Of a DNA stretch of 49,705 nucleotides, positions 37,941-47,727 are shown one piece after another. This DNA comes from Planctomycetota bacterium (GTDB lineage: Bacteria; Planctomycetota; UBA1135; UBA2386). How positions within the stretch are numbered: position 1 is the first letter of the stretch; every line of letters begins with the position of its first letter. The notes under the pieces are model-generated. The model worked only from the letters and a program-made list of their open reading frames with translations, ran no database searches and was not told the DNA's origin. A program made the translations under genes and the position numbers. The stretch spans positions 1 through 49,705 of the forward strand of contig JBNMND010000001.1 in NCBI GenBank assembly GCA_051274975.1, in the 5' to 3' direction.

Positions 37941-40229
37941 CTAGTAGCGGTTGACCTCAACGGCCCACGTCATTTCCTTCTTCCATACTTCGTTGCCGTG
38001 GCGGTCGAACTCGCGAACGCGCGTGTTCTCGGCGACGATCGTATTGCCATTGGGCAGGCGGTCGGCGTCGCTTGGCGAGCTCAGGCCCGACAGTTCGAAG
38101 ACGATCTTGCCGTCTCGGTCGATCTCCATGACCGCGCCCTTGTTGCGCAGCGTGACCAGCGTGTTGCCGTTCGGCAGGCGGTCGGCGTCGTGCGCGTTCG
38201 GCAGGCCCTTGCCTTCCCAGACGATTTCGCCGGCCGGGCTGACTTCGAGCACGCGATCCTTGAGCACGTCCGCGATCAACGTGTTGCCGTTGGCCAAGCG
38301 GTCGCAATCGAACGGTCGGATGTCTTGCGAGTAGCTCCAGACGATCTTGCCTTCCGGATTCACTTCGATGACGCGACTTGCGAAGGTGTCGGCGATCAAC
38401 GTGTTGCCGTTCGGCAGGCGGTCCGCATCATAGGGGTTCTTGAGGTCTTCGAACTGCCAGATGGTCTCGCCCTTGCGGTTGACCTCTTGCACACGACTGA
38501 CCGAGAACTCAGTGATCAACAGGTTGCCGCTGTCGAGGCACTCGGCATCCCACGCGCCGAAGATCTCTTCGAGCACGAACACGATGCGACCTTGGTCGTC
38601 GACTTCGACAATGCGGTTGTCGCTGTAGTCCGCAATCAGCGTAAAGCCCCACATGGCGCCGCCGCCGACACCGAGTTCGACGCGAGTGACCGCACTCCAT
38701 GGCAGAGCCGTTGCGCCGAGTAGCGGCACGGTCACTGCGACTTTGTCGCCGGTGCTTTCAGCAACGAAGCCAAGCAGGCGTTCGCCGGTAACCAGGTCCA
38801 TGCGCACGTAGCTGATGGCGTCTGGTTCGGTCATGCGCGGACGCAAGAACAGCATGCCGCCGACTTCGGCGATTGGGATCTGGTGGACCTTGCCAGTAGT
38901 CGACTCGAGGATCACCTTGCCAGCATCGATGCTCACGATCTTGCCGTTGATGAACTTGCCAGTGCGCAAGCGCAAACGATCATGATCGACGGATGCGCCA
39001 ACCAAGCGGGTCAGCGTCGGATCGAAGGCCATGCCCTGGATGTCGGCGCGAGCAAAGGTCAGCTCACCAAAGATCGGTGATTGCAGACGCACGGACTCGG
39101 GGTCGATCGAGAGCACTTTGCCCGCGACGCGCGTTCCTTGGTTGAGGAACACCATCGTGTCCTCAGTCTTCTTGGCTACGTGCTTGGGAAACTCGAACGT
39201 CGAGCAATCGCTGATTGAGAGCTCGGCAATGGGGACGCCGGCGAACGCACCTTCGACTGCGAACGTATCGCCGAACGCTTGTCCGAGCTTGCCGAGCACG
39301 TGTGTCTTGCCATCGATTGTCAGTTGCGCTTCGACCTTGCTGATCTCCGCTGGGATGACAACCGCTGCGCCCTTGGCGATGACTGCGTCGCTGTGCTTGC
39401 CGAGGTCGGTGAGCAACTGCTTGGCACCGTCGTCGGCACGCGTTCGCAAGCCACGCACGATGGACATCGTTTCGGTGCGATTGAGTTCGACGCCTTCGAG
39501 CGGCCCTTCCTTGATGCCGCCGAGCATCATACCGCGGCAGTGCGCGAGTGCCTTCGCCGACTGCATGCGACCCAGTGCACTCAGTGCAATCGAACGGTGT
39601 AGGCCGGACTTGAACTTGACCATCATCGCGATGGCGTCGGCTTCGTTGTCGCCGCCGTGCTTGCCGATAGCGCGGATCGCGCCGCCGGCAATCGAAGTGT
39701 CGGTGTGGCCGAGCGCACTGCGTAGGGAACGCAACAGTCGATCATCACCGTCGAGATAGAGCGCACTGCGAACGAGACCTTGCAGCAGTTTGCGTTCGCG
39801 GTCTTCTTGTTCGGTGCCCTTGGCATCGAGTTCTTCGAGAATGCGACCGCAACGAATGTGTTGCTCGAGCACCTCGTAGTCATCCCGACGTTGCTGGATG
39901 ACCGTGCGCGCGCGTCCGCCGATTTCGACCAACGAACGTTCGGCGTTTTCACGAACGCGCCAGCTCGGATCGCACAACTCATCGAGCAGTCGGTCGATCT
40001 TCAATCGATACTCGCGGTGATCACCGTGGATGCGAGCGACGATCGCAGTAAAGGACTGGGCCTTCGCCGCGACGAGCTTGCCGACCTGCTCTACTTGGGT
40101 GATCAGCGACAGCGACTGGAAGCCGTTGCTCTCGGTGACCAGTTGATCGTCAGTCCAGTCCTGGGCCGGCAAAGCCGTGATCAGGGCAGTGACAAACGGG
40201 AGAAGACGCGGAAGGGACAGCGGGGTCAT
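37941..40229 (-). CDS. Secreted HEAT-repeat + beta-rich linker + C-terminal beta-propeller protein
   Basis: ORF 37941..40250 begins at TTG. ATG 40229 gives MTPLSLPRLLPFVTALITALPAQ. HEAT-like helices (DPSWRVRENAERSLVEIG, LGHTDTSIAGGAIRAIG). The C-terminus has five or more 40-aa blades carrying DADRLPNGNTL(I/V). Confidence 0.75.
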   Translation of the reverse strand: MTPLSLPRLLPFVTALITALPAQDWTDDQLVTESNGFQSLSLITQVEQVGKLVAAKAQSFTAIVARIHGDHREYRLKIDRLLDELCDPSWRVRENAERSLVEIGGRARTVIQQRRDDYEVLEQHIRCGRILEELDAKGTEQEDRERKLLQGLVRSALYLDGDDRLLRSLRSALGHTDTSIAGGAIRAIGKHGGDNEADAIAMMVKFKSGLHRSIALSALGRMQSAKALAHCRGMMLGGIKEGPLEGVELNRTETMSIVRGLRTRADDGAKQLLTDLGKHSDAVIAKGAAVVIPAEISKVEAQLTIDGKTHVLGKLGQAFGDTFAVEGAFAGVPIAELSISDCSTFEFPKHVAKKTEDTMVFLNQGTRVAGKVLSIDPESVRLQSPIFGELTFARADIQGMAFDPTLTRLVGASVDHDRLRLRTGKFINGKIVSIDAGKVILESTTGKVHQIPIAEVGGMLFLRPRMTEPDAISYVRMDLVTGERLLGFVAESTGDKVAVTVPLLGATALPWSAVTRVELGVGGGAMWGFTLIADYSDNRIVEVDDQGRIVFVLEEIFGAWDAECLDSGNLLITEFSVSRVQEVNRKGETIWQFEDLKNPYDADRLPNGNTLIADTFASRVIEVNPEGKIVWSYSQDIRPFDCDRLANGNTLIADVLKDRVLEVSPAGEIVWEGKGLPNAHDADRLPNGNTLVTLRNKGAVMEIDRDGKIVFELSGLSSPSDADRLPNGNTIVAENTRVREFDRHGNEVWKKEMTWAVEVNRY
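38041..38550. repeat. Exact 120-nt periodicity of beta-propeller blade-coding units
   Basis: GT(A/G)TTGCC(A/G)TT(G/C)GGCAGGCGGTC(G/C)GC-type strings begin at 38041, 38161, 38281 and 38401, and more diverged at 38521. Each encodes the DADRLPNGNT blade motif on the minus strand. Confidence 0.85.
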
Positions 40230-40477
40230 TCGTGTTCGGAGTTTAGGCAACGCAGGGACTCTCGTGTGGTTCGTTCCGATGTAGACACTGACGTTGACGG
40301 CACTAGTTGGGTCAGATTCCCCAGCAACGGAGTTATGACACTGGGAATGGGTTTGGGGGGGCCTCGCCGTCGATCCTTCAAGGACGTAGAGTCCGAGAGA
40401 ACCCTCCTCGCGCTGCTACCGTTGGTTGTGTCCGATTGGCCCACGCTTGGGCCTACACCAAACTAGGAACGAAGTTA

Positions 40478-43279
40478 GTGTCGCTGCCCCCGTCATCCGT
40501 GGCGCGCATGCTTGCATGCGCCTCGCTCTGCGCTGCCGTAATTTCTGCTCAACAGGTACGGGTCAACGCTCCCCTCGGAGCCTTGGCCGCGCGTGGGGCC
40601 GAACAATCCGTCGACGACCCTGGTAAACGGGTCGAGATGTTCGAGAACCCCAATCTTGACAGGTACTTAGAACGCGCGCAGATGTTCTTGGATCGCGACG
40701 ACTACACGTCTGCTGTCAAGGTCCTCCAGGACGTCATCGAGGGTCGAACCGTAGAAGTCTTTGCGACTCGCGACGAGGGAGACGACCCCAACGCGGAGGC
40801 TATCGAGCCCAACAAATCGCCAAAGACCGCTCCCAAACCAACCAAGACGCTCGCCCCACAGACGGGTCGTCGCAGCACTTCAGCTGGCACCAAGAAGGGC
40901 GATGAGCGCGTCGCTAGTAGTGAACTCGACGCCCGAAACGCAGTTTTTAGTCGAGACGGGCGCATCTACCGACCCGTTCGCCGCCTCTGTCACGAGTTGC
41001 TTTCGCGAATGCCGGATGTCGGCATTCAGATCTATCGCACAGCGCATGAGTTTGCGGCTGACGAGATGCTGACGGAAGCGATGGCCAGTGGTTCATCTAC
41101 CGCTCTCGAGCAAGTTGCGAATCGCTACTTCGTCACGCTCCCGGCTGGCCGCGCGATGATGTTGCTTGCTGATCGCCTGATGCACGAGGGGCGCTACCGA
41201 GCTTCGGTTCAGGTTCTGCGCGATCTGCTTGACGTCTACCCGGAGCAGAATCGCAAGGCGCTCGGAATCCGCGACACCTGGTGCCACTTCAAGATTGCGT
41301 TGTGCCTGCGACTGGCCGGCGAGAACGACGCAGCCCAGGAAGTCGTCACCGTGCTCGCTGACGAATACGCGGAGGAGTCGCTGCGCATTCGCGGTCAACT
41401 CGAGACGATTCACGATCTGCCCAACAGCAAGCTGTTCGCGCGTGACACGGTGGCGATTGAAGCCATTCCGGATGGCAACGCTGGCCTTCAGTGGCTGCAG
41501 CCGGAGACGACCGACTTGGTGCCGTTGTGGCAGTACCGCTTCGAGAACGAAACGCCCTACAAGGATCCGAAGCCGAGCAAACGTGGGCGCAACGGCATGT
41601 TCTTCGATGGTCGCAACCAATCGAACTCGATGCCGTTCGCAAATCGCTACGGACCCGGCACGCGAGTGTTGTTTAGCAGTCAACGTGACGGCGACCAGAC
41701 CGTGCCGCGCGCTGTCTTCCTTGAGCACTACCGCCTGCGCCTCGCAGACACCGCTTCCGGATTATTGATAGGTCAGGGTGATGGTGTCGACGTGCCGCCG
41801 CTGGCGCGCGAAGGCCATCCACGTGTGCGTATCGCTGCGTGTGATTACGCGCTGCTGCGCCCGGTCGAAGACGAAGAGCGCCGCTTCATCATCATCGGTC
41901 ACGAAAGCAACACGACCCAAAGCAAGGAGTCGCTCAAGGCGAGCCAACTCGTTGCCTACGACAAGGTCACCGGCAAGCGCTCGTGGTCGTCGGAGAACTG
42001 GCAAGACGGGTCGAATGGCTTGCGCCAGGTGACGTTCCTCGCGGCGCCGACGGTGTTCGGCGAGCGGTTGATGTTGCCGTCGATGCGCAAGAACGCGTAC
42101 ACGCTTGAGTGTCTCGATCGCCGCACTGGTGAGCCGCTTTGGCACACACCGTTGCACGCTGGCGGGTCACCGTTCTTCAAGGCGCCTGGTTGCCCGGTCG
42201 TTGTGCAAGGCGGGATCGCATTCGTTGCGACCAACGCTGGCTGCGTCGCGGCCGTCGACGCGTTCGCTGGCGACTTGCGTTGGATTCGTCGCTACGAGCG
42301 GCACGACTCGGCCCACAAGACCTTCAGGAAGAAGAAGCCGCGGGCGAGCAGCCGTCGCTTCAACAGTTACAGCAACCAATTCACGCAGGCGGTGCTCGAT
42401 AGCTTCTTGCCGAGTGACATGATCATGCACGACGGTCTGCTGATCGTCGCGCCGTGTGATAGTGAGGTTCTACTCGCGATCGAAGCTGCCACCGGCAAAT
42501 CCGTCTGGATGCTCGACGGCCGCACGCGATATGCGCCCTACGGACGAGTAACGGAGGTTGTCGGCCACGACGACAAGCAGTTGTTCGTGATGTCGGACTC
42601 GCACCTCGTCAGCATCGAACTTGAAGGCGGCTTGGTGCGCTGGATGCAGAAGCTGCCGAGCTGGGCCGGACCCAAATACTCAGGTCGCGGTCGCGGACTC
42701 ATCGTGAACGGCAAGGTGATCGTGCCAAACATGCGCGAACTGTTGGTGTTCGACGCAAACAACAAGGCGCCAATGCGACGTTTGCACTTGCCGGCATTCG
42801 ACGAGAGTCGTGAGCCGTTGAGCGGTAGTTGCCACCTATTCGTCAAGGGCCCTTGGCTGGCTGTTGGCTACCAAGGCGGCGTTGAGGTGTATAGCACCGC
42901 CGTGGCACTTAGTCAGCTCGCCGGCAACACCGGGGATCCGATGCGGAAGGCGTCGTACCTGACGAAGAGTGGCGACCCGGCGCAAGCCGAGAAGGTCTTG
43001 GCCGCAACAGTTGCGAACACCTTGGACGTAACCGTTCGTCTCCGCGCCGCGAAGCAATTGCTCGCACTGGTCTCGGGTCGCGCTGAAGGCTTGGCGCGCG
43101 CTGGCAAGCTCCCCGGAGCATTGAAGGCGATGGACGCCGTTCGCGACTTACTCGCGGATCGCACCGTGCGTCTCAACTGGCACTTGGCACGCATTGAGAT
43201 CTGCAAAGATGCAGGCGACATGCGCGCCCACGAATCGGAACAACAAAGTCTCTACGACTACATGGAGGGTCGAGGATGA
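40478..43279 (+). CDS. Secreted TPR-like helical + PQQ/BamB-like beta-propeller + C-terminal helical protein
   Basis: ORF 40307..43279. The likely start is GTG 40478 or ATG 40508, before the signal peptide MLACASLCAAVISAQQ. Repeated blade motifs are VAYDKVTGKRSWS, LECLDRRTGEPLWHT, VAAVDAFAGDLRWIR, LLAIEAATGKSVWML and LVSIELEGGLVRWMQ. Confidence 0.75.
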   Translation: MSLPPSSVARMLACASLCAAVISAQQVRVNAPLGALAARGAEQSVDDPGKRVEMFENPNLDRYLERAQMFLDRDDYTSAVKVLQDVIEGRTVEVFATRDEGDDPNAEAIEPNKSPKTAPKPTKTLAPQTGRRSTSAGTKKGDERVASSELDARNAVFSRDGRIYRPVRRLCHELLSRMPDVGIQIYRTAHEFAADEMLTEAMASGSSTALEQVANRYFVTLPAGRAMMLLADRLMHEGRYRASVQVLRDLLDVYPEQNRKALGIRDTWCHFKIALCLRLAGENDAAQEVVTVLADEYAEESLRIRGQLETIHDLPNSKLFARDTVAIEAIPDGNAGLQWLQPETTDLVPLWQYRFENETPYKDPKPSKRGRNGMFFDGRNQSNSMPFANRYGPGTRVLFSSQRDGDQTVPRAVFLEHYRLRLADTASGLLIGQGDGVDVPPLAREGHPRVRIAACDYALLRPVEDEERRFIIIGHESNTTQSKESLKASQLVAYDKVTGKRSWSSENWQDGSNGLRQVTFLAAPTVFGERLMLPSMRKNAYTLECLDRRTGEPLWHTPLHAGGSPFFKAPGCPVVVQGGIAFVATNAGCVAAVDAFAGDLRWIRRYERHDSAHKTFRKKKPRASSRRFNSYSNQFTQAVLDSFLPSDMIMHDGLLIVAPCDSEVLLAIEAATGKSVWMLDGRTRYAPYGRVTEVVGHDDKQLFVMSDSHLVSIELEGGLVRWMQKLPSWAGPKYSGRGRGLIVNGKVIVPNMRELLVFDANNKAPMRRLHLPAFDESREPLSGSCHLFVKGPWLAVGYQGGVEVYSTAVALSQLAGNTGDPMRKASYLTKSGDPAQAEKVLAATVANTLDVTVRLRAAKQLLALVSGRAEGLARAGKLPGALKAMDAVRDLLADRTVRLNWHLARIEICKDAGDMRAHESEQQSLYDYMEGRG

Positions 43280-44310
43280 GAATCGCTTGTCTAATCATGG
43301 CCGTCGGCATCGCCGCCGCATCAAGCCTCTCGGCGCAAAACGCCGCATACCCTCCCGGTGTAACCCCTGCGATCCACAAGTCGGTGCAACGCGGACTGAC
43401 CTGGCTTTCGCACAACATGGCCAACGACGGCAGTTGGCGTAATTCAGGTGGCTATGGCAGCTACCCGGCCGCGATGACCGGTCTGGCTGGCATGGCGTTC
43501 ATCGCCTCTGGTTCGACCCCAACGCGCGGTCGCTACTGGCAAGAGGTGCGCAAGTCCGTTGGCTTCTTGATGAAGAACGCCGATGCCAACACCGGCGTCA
43601 TCTCGATCCCGGCCGAAGAAGGTCGGAGCATGTATGGCCATGGCTTCGCGACGCTCTACCTGGCTTCCGTGTATGGCATGGAAGAGGACTTGCGCAAGCA
43701 GGCCAAGCTCAAGCGCGTGCTCGACAAGGCAGTCGGCTTGATCGCTTCGGCGCAGTCTTCGGCTGGTGGCTGGATCTACACGCCAGATTCCAACAGCGAT
43801 GAAGGCAGTGTCACGGTCACGCAGATCCAAGCGCTGCGCGCGTGCCGCATGGCGGGCATCGTGGTCGACAAGAAGGTCATCGATAAGTCGGTCGACTACA
43901 TCAAGCGCTGCCAAAACGGCGACGGCAGCATTCGCTACAGCCTCAACTCCGGCGGCGATGGTCGCCCGGCAATCACCGCTGCTGGCGTGGCCGTTCTCTA
44001 CAACGCTGGTGTCTACGATGACCAGCCGTTCGTCGACAAGGCCGTTCAGTACTGCAAGAAGCGCATCAAGACGTCGGTCAACAACACCGGCCACCACTAC
44101 TACGCGCAGCTCTACTGGAGCCAGGCGCTCTACCAACGTGGCGGCAAGGATTGGGACGACTACTACAAGAGCATGGGTGCTTGGCTGATGAAGCAGCAGA
44201 GTAAGGATGGAAGTTGGCAAGGTGACGGCGTCGGCACCGTCTATGGCACTGCGATCGCGTTGACGATCCTGCAACTCCCCTACTCCTTCGCTCCGATCTA
44301 CCAGCGCTAA
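43276..44310 (+). CDS. Secreted prenyltransferase/squalene-cyclase-repeat (alpha/alpha-toroid) protein, paralogue 1
   Basis: 344 aa. The ATG overlaps the upstream stop (ATGA). Signal peptide MRIACLIMAVGIAAASSLSAQ. QW-like motifs are NDGSWRN, AGGWIYTP, GDGSIRY and KDGSWQGD. Confidence 0.75.
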   Translation: MRIACLIMAVGIAAASSLSAQNAAYPPGVTPAIHKSVQRGLTWLSHNMANDGSWRNSGGYGSYPAAMTGLAGMAFIASGSTPTRGRYWQEVRKSVGFLMKNADANTGVISIPAEEGRSMYGHGFATLYLASVYGMEEDLRKQAKLKRVLDKAVGLIASAQSSAGGWIYTPDSNSDEGSVTVTQIQALRACRMAGIVVDKKVIDKSVDYIKRCQNGDGSIRYSLNSGGDGRPAITAAGVAVLYNAGVYDDQPFVDKAVQYCKKRIKTSVNNTGHHYYAQLYWSQALYQRGGKDWDDYYKSMGAWLMKQQSKDGSWQGDGVGTVYGTAIALTILQLPYSFAPIYQR

Positions 44311-44313
44311 TCA

Positions 44314-45369
44314 GTGTTCACGATGTTGCGATGCTTCCAAGCTAGTCTGGCCGCTGTGCTGTTGCCGCTTTGTGCGGGACAGGTGTCGGCTCAGGTGGCT
44401 TCCTTGCCACCAGGCGTGACGCCGGAGATCCAGAAGGCCATCCTGCGCGGGCAAGCATGGCTGGAAAGCAATCAAGCAGCCGACGGCAGTTGGCGCAACG
44501 GCGGTAGCTACGGCACCTACCCAGCGGCGATGACGGCGATGGGTGGCATGGCCATTCTGGCTGGTGGCTCGACGCCGACGCGCGGCAAGCACTGGCAACA
44601 GGTTCGAAAGGCGACTGAGTGGCTGTTGAAGCGTATCGACGCCCAGACTGGCTTCATCACTCTTCGCCAACAAGAGCAGCGTGGCATGTATGGCCATGGC
44701 TTGGCGACGTTGTTCTTGGCTTCCGTCTACGGGATGGAGGAAGACCAGCGCACCCAGAAGCGATTGAAGCGAGTGCTTGATGGTGCGGTCGCGTTGATCA
44801 GTAACTCACAGTCCGCGGCTGGCGGTTGGTACTACCAACCATCAAGCACTGATGACGAAGGCAGTGTCACCGTCACTCAGATTCAAGCGCTGCGCGCATG
44901 TCGCATGGCCGGCATCGTGGTCGACAAGAAGACGATCAATCGCGCCGTCAACTACATCAAGCGCTGTCAAAACCCTGATGGCGGCATCTGCTACAAGCTG
45001 AGCATGAAGGGGTCGCAGAGCAAGCCTGCGATCACTGCTGCGGGAGTCGCGGTTCTTTACAACGCCGGCGTCTACGACGACCAACCGTTCGTCGATAACG
45101 CGGTGAAGTTCTGCAAGCGCCGTCTGAAGGTGTCCGTCGACAACACGGGTCACCACTACTACACGATCCTGTATTGGTCGCAGGTGCTCTACCAGCGCGG
45201 CGGCAAGGATTGGGACGACTACTACAACCGCGCTGGCGCGTGGTTGTTGAAGCAACAAGCCAAGGACGGCAGTTGGAGCGGTGATGGTATCGGTTCCGTC
45301 TATGGAACCGCCGTCGCGCTTACCATCCTGCAAATGCCACACTCTCTCGTGCCGATCTACCAGCGGTAG
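44314..45369 (+). CDS. Secreted prenyltransferase/squalene-cyclase-repeat (alpha/alpha-toroid) protein, paralogue 2
   Basis: 351 aa. GTG 44314 (or ATG 44323) lies 3 nt after the paralogue-1 stop. Long identical blocks with paralogue 1 include DEGSVTVTQIQALRACRMAGIVVDKK and PAITAAGVAVLYNAGVYDDQPFVD. Confidence 0.75.
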   Translation: MFTMLRCFQASLAAVLLPLCAGQVSAQVASLPPGVTPEIQKAILRGQAWLESNQAADGSWRNGGSYGTYPAAMTAMGGMAILAGGSTPTRGKHWQQVRKATEWLLKRIDAQTGFITLRQQEQRGMYGHGLATLFLASVYGMEEDQRTQKRLKRVLDGAVALISNSQSAAGGWYYQPSSTDDEGSVTVTQIQALRACRMAGIVVDKKTINRAVNYIKRCQNPDGGICYKLSMKGSQSKPAITAAGVAVLYNAGVYDDQPFVDNAVKFCKRRLKVSVDNTGHHYYTILYWSQVLYQRGGKDWDDYYNRAGAWLLKQQAKDGSWSGDGIGSVYGTAVALTILQMPHSLVPIYQR

Positions 45370-45411
45370 CTACAACGAGACTGAGCGAACGAACACGATG
45401 TTGGGAAAACT

Positions 45412-47712
45412 ATGATGCTTGGATTGGCCTTCCTCAATCCGCTGCTGCTGTGGGCGCTGCCGCTAGCCGCGGTGCCGATCATCATCCACATTCTGAACCG
45501 GCGACGGTTCCAGAAGGTGCCATGGGCTGCCATGACCTTCTTGCTCAAGGCGATGAAGCGCAACCGCAAGCGCATGCGCATGGAGCAGTGGTTGGTGTTG
45601 TTGCTGCGCGTGTTGGCGGTGTTGCTTTTGATCTCGCTGGTCAGTCGCCCGCAACTCGGTGGCAGTAGCCTGCTGGGATCTCGCACGCACCACGTTGTCA
45701 TTCTCGATGACAGCGCGTCGATGACGCAGCGAACCGGCAGCACGGCACTGTTCGAGAAGGCGCAGGATCGCATCAAGATGCTCGCCGACGACCTCGGCCT
45801 GCGTCGCCAAGGCGACATCTTCTCGCTGGTCACTACGAGCGCTGCGGATGTGCCCCAGATCTGGTCGCAGCGCATCGGTGGCTCCTTTAGTCGCGACGCA
45901 GGCGCCCGGCTCAAGGAACTGCAGGTCAGCGACCGTTCGCCTGATCTTGGCAAGGCGTTGGAGATGACGGTTACTCGCGCGCACGAAGTCGAAGACGCGT
46001 CGCGCACCGAATACTACCTCGTCGGCGACCGCCGTTCGTGGGACTGGGCGACGCCTGATGACAAACCACGGCCGGAGTTGCTCGCGGGCTTGAGCTCGAT
46101 GGCATCCGACAAGGAGCACGTCACAGTGCTGACAGTCGGCGGCCAACATGCCAACCTCGCGATCGTCGACGTCAAGTTGGTCGATCGCCTGGCGATCGCT
46201 GCGGTGCCGGTCACGCTCGGTATCGACGTCAAGAACTTCGGTCTCGACCCAACAGCGCCGACCACGGTTTCGATCGAGATCGATGGTCAGAGTCGCGTCA
46301 CGCAAGACGTGCCGCAACTCGCGCCGGGCGAACGCTACACGGTCCAGATGGACCACACGTTCCATGAAGCCGGTCCGCACCACCTCGATGCGTTGCTCGA
46401 GCCCGGTGAGTCGTTCCCGTTTGATGATCGCCGCACGCTTGCTTTGCAGGTGCGCGACAAGAGCCGTGTGTTGCTCGTTGACGGCCAGCCTGACGAAGAC
46501 GACGGCGAAGTGTTTTTCCTGCGAGCGACGCTCGATGTGCCAGATTCTGGCATCGAGGCGCAGGTTGTTACTGAGAGTGGTTTCGACGAAACCAACCTCG
46601 CTGCATTCGACATGATCTGGCTCTGCAACGTGCAGTCGCCAACTCCGGAAGCTGCGGAGAGGCTCGAAGCGTTCGTTGCGTCTGGCGGTGGTCTTGCGAT
46701 CACCTGTGGTTCGTTGATCGACGCGCCGCGCTACAACGACCTGTTCTGGAAGGGCGGCGAAGGCCTGTTGCCGTTGCCGATCGGTGAGATCAACGGCGAC
46801 CCGGATCGTCCCGAGCACGCGCACCTCGCGAGCAAGGATCACCCGATGTGCACGGGCGTCGCGGAGTTGTTTGAGCTGGTGCTCGCCAACTGGATCCAGG
46901 TCAAGCGTTGGCTCGAGCTGGAAGAACCGGCCAACCACGAGGCATCGATTGTTGCGCGCATCCGCGGTGCCGATGGCCCGCCGATGTTGGTGACTCGCAC
47001 CTACAAGGGAACGGGCGGCGAAGTTGCGCTGTTCGCGATCACTGCCGACCGCTTCTGGAGCAACCTACCGAGCACAGACCTGTTCTTGGTCGTGACGCAC
47101 CAGCTGCATCACTTCGCCGCGCGCCGTGACGACCAAAGCCGCAGCAACCTGCTTACGGATGGCGTGCTGACGTTGGCCGTGGATCCGGGTTTGTATCGCT
47201 CAGACGTGACGATGCGTTCGCTCGCCGGTGATGATGAGCGCACGGTGACCGTCGCAGCGCCGAAGCCCTGGTCTGATCCGGAAGACAAGTCGCCAGGCGC
47301 TACCAAGCCCGGTGCAAAGCCGCCGGAAAATCCGACTGAAACTCCGGCAGGCAACCCCGATGGGCAGACGCCCGAGACGACCAACCCAATGTTGGCACTC
47401 GAAGTTGCGATGGCGGAGCTCACCGAGCGTGGTGCCTACGAGATCCAACTCGAGCGCCACGATGGTGTCCCGGACAAGCGCATGATCGCGCGTAACGCAC
47501 CGCCCCACGAAGGCCAACTCGTGGCCTTCGATGAATCGTCGTTCAAGAAGATCTACCCAAGCAACGTGCACGATCTCGTTACGTTCGTTCGCGATGACGG
47601 TGGCGTTGGCACTGCTGCCGGTGAAGGTGAGGCGTGGCCGCTACTGGCTGCTTTGTTGTTAGTCGGCTTGTTGGCCGAGTCGCTGCTCGCCTGGAGGTTC
47701 GGCCGCCGCTAA
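45412..47712 (+). CDS. BatA_N (N-terminal double-TM) + von Willebrand factor A domain membrane protein with C-terminal TM helix
   Basis: 766 aa. FLNPLLLWALPLAAVPIIIHILNRRR is the aerotolerance-regulator N-terminal signature. MIDAS-like HVVILDDSASMT. C-terminal anchor WPLLAALLLVGLLAESLLAWRFGRR. Confidence 0.8.
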   Translation: MMLGLAFLNPLLLWALPLAAVPIIIHILNRRRFQKVPWAAMTFLLKAMKRNRKRMRMEQWLVLLLRVLAVLLLISLVSRPQLGGSSLLGSRTHHVVILDDSASMTQRTGSTALFEKAQDRIKMLADDLGLRRQGDIFSLVTTSAADVPQIWSQRIGGSFSRDAGARLKELQVSDRSPDLGKALEMTVTRAHEVEDASRTEYYLVGDRRSWDWATPDDKPRPELLAGLSSMASDKEHVTVLTVGGQHANLAIVDVKLVDRLAIAAVPVTLGIDVKNFGLDPTAPTTVSIEIDGQSRVTQDVPQLAPGERYTVQMDHTFHEAGPHHLDALLEPGESFPFDDRRTLALQVRDKSRVLLVDGQPDEDDGEVFFLRATLDVPDSGIEAQVVTESGFDETNLAAFDMIWLCNVQSPTPEAAERLEAFVASGGGLAITCGSLIDAPRYNDLFWKGGEGLLPLPIGEINGDPDRPEHAHLASKDHPMCTGVAELFELVLANWIQVKRWLELEEPANHEASIVARIRGADGPPMLVTRTYKGTGGEVALFAITADRFWSNLPSTDLFLVVTHQLHHFAARRDDQSRSNLLTDGVLTLAVDPGLYRSDVTMRSLAGDDERTVTVAAPKPWSDPEDKSPGATKPGAKPPENPTETPAGNPDGQTPETTNPMLALEVAMAELTERGAYEIQLERHDGVPDKRMIARNAPPHEGQLVAFDESSFKKIYPSNVHDLVTFVRDDGGVGTAAGEGEAWPLLAALLLVGLLAESLLAWRFGRR

Positions 47713-47727
47713 GGCGGGCATCACAAG

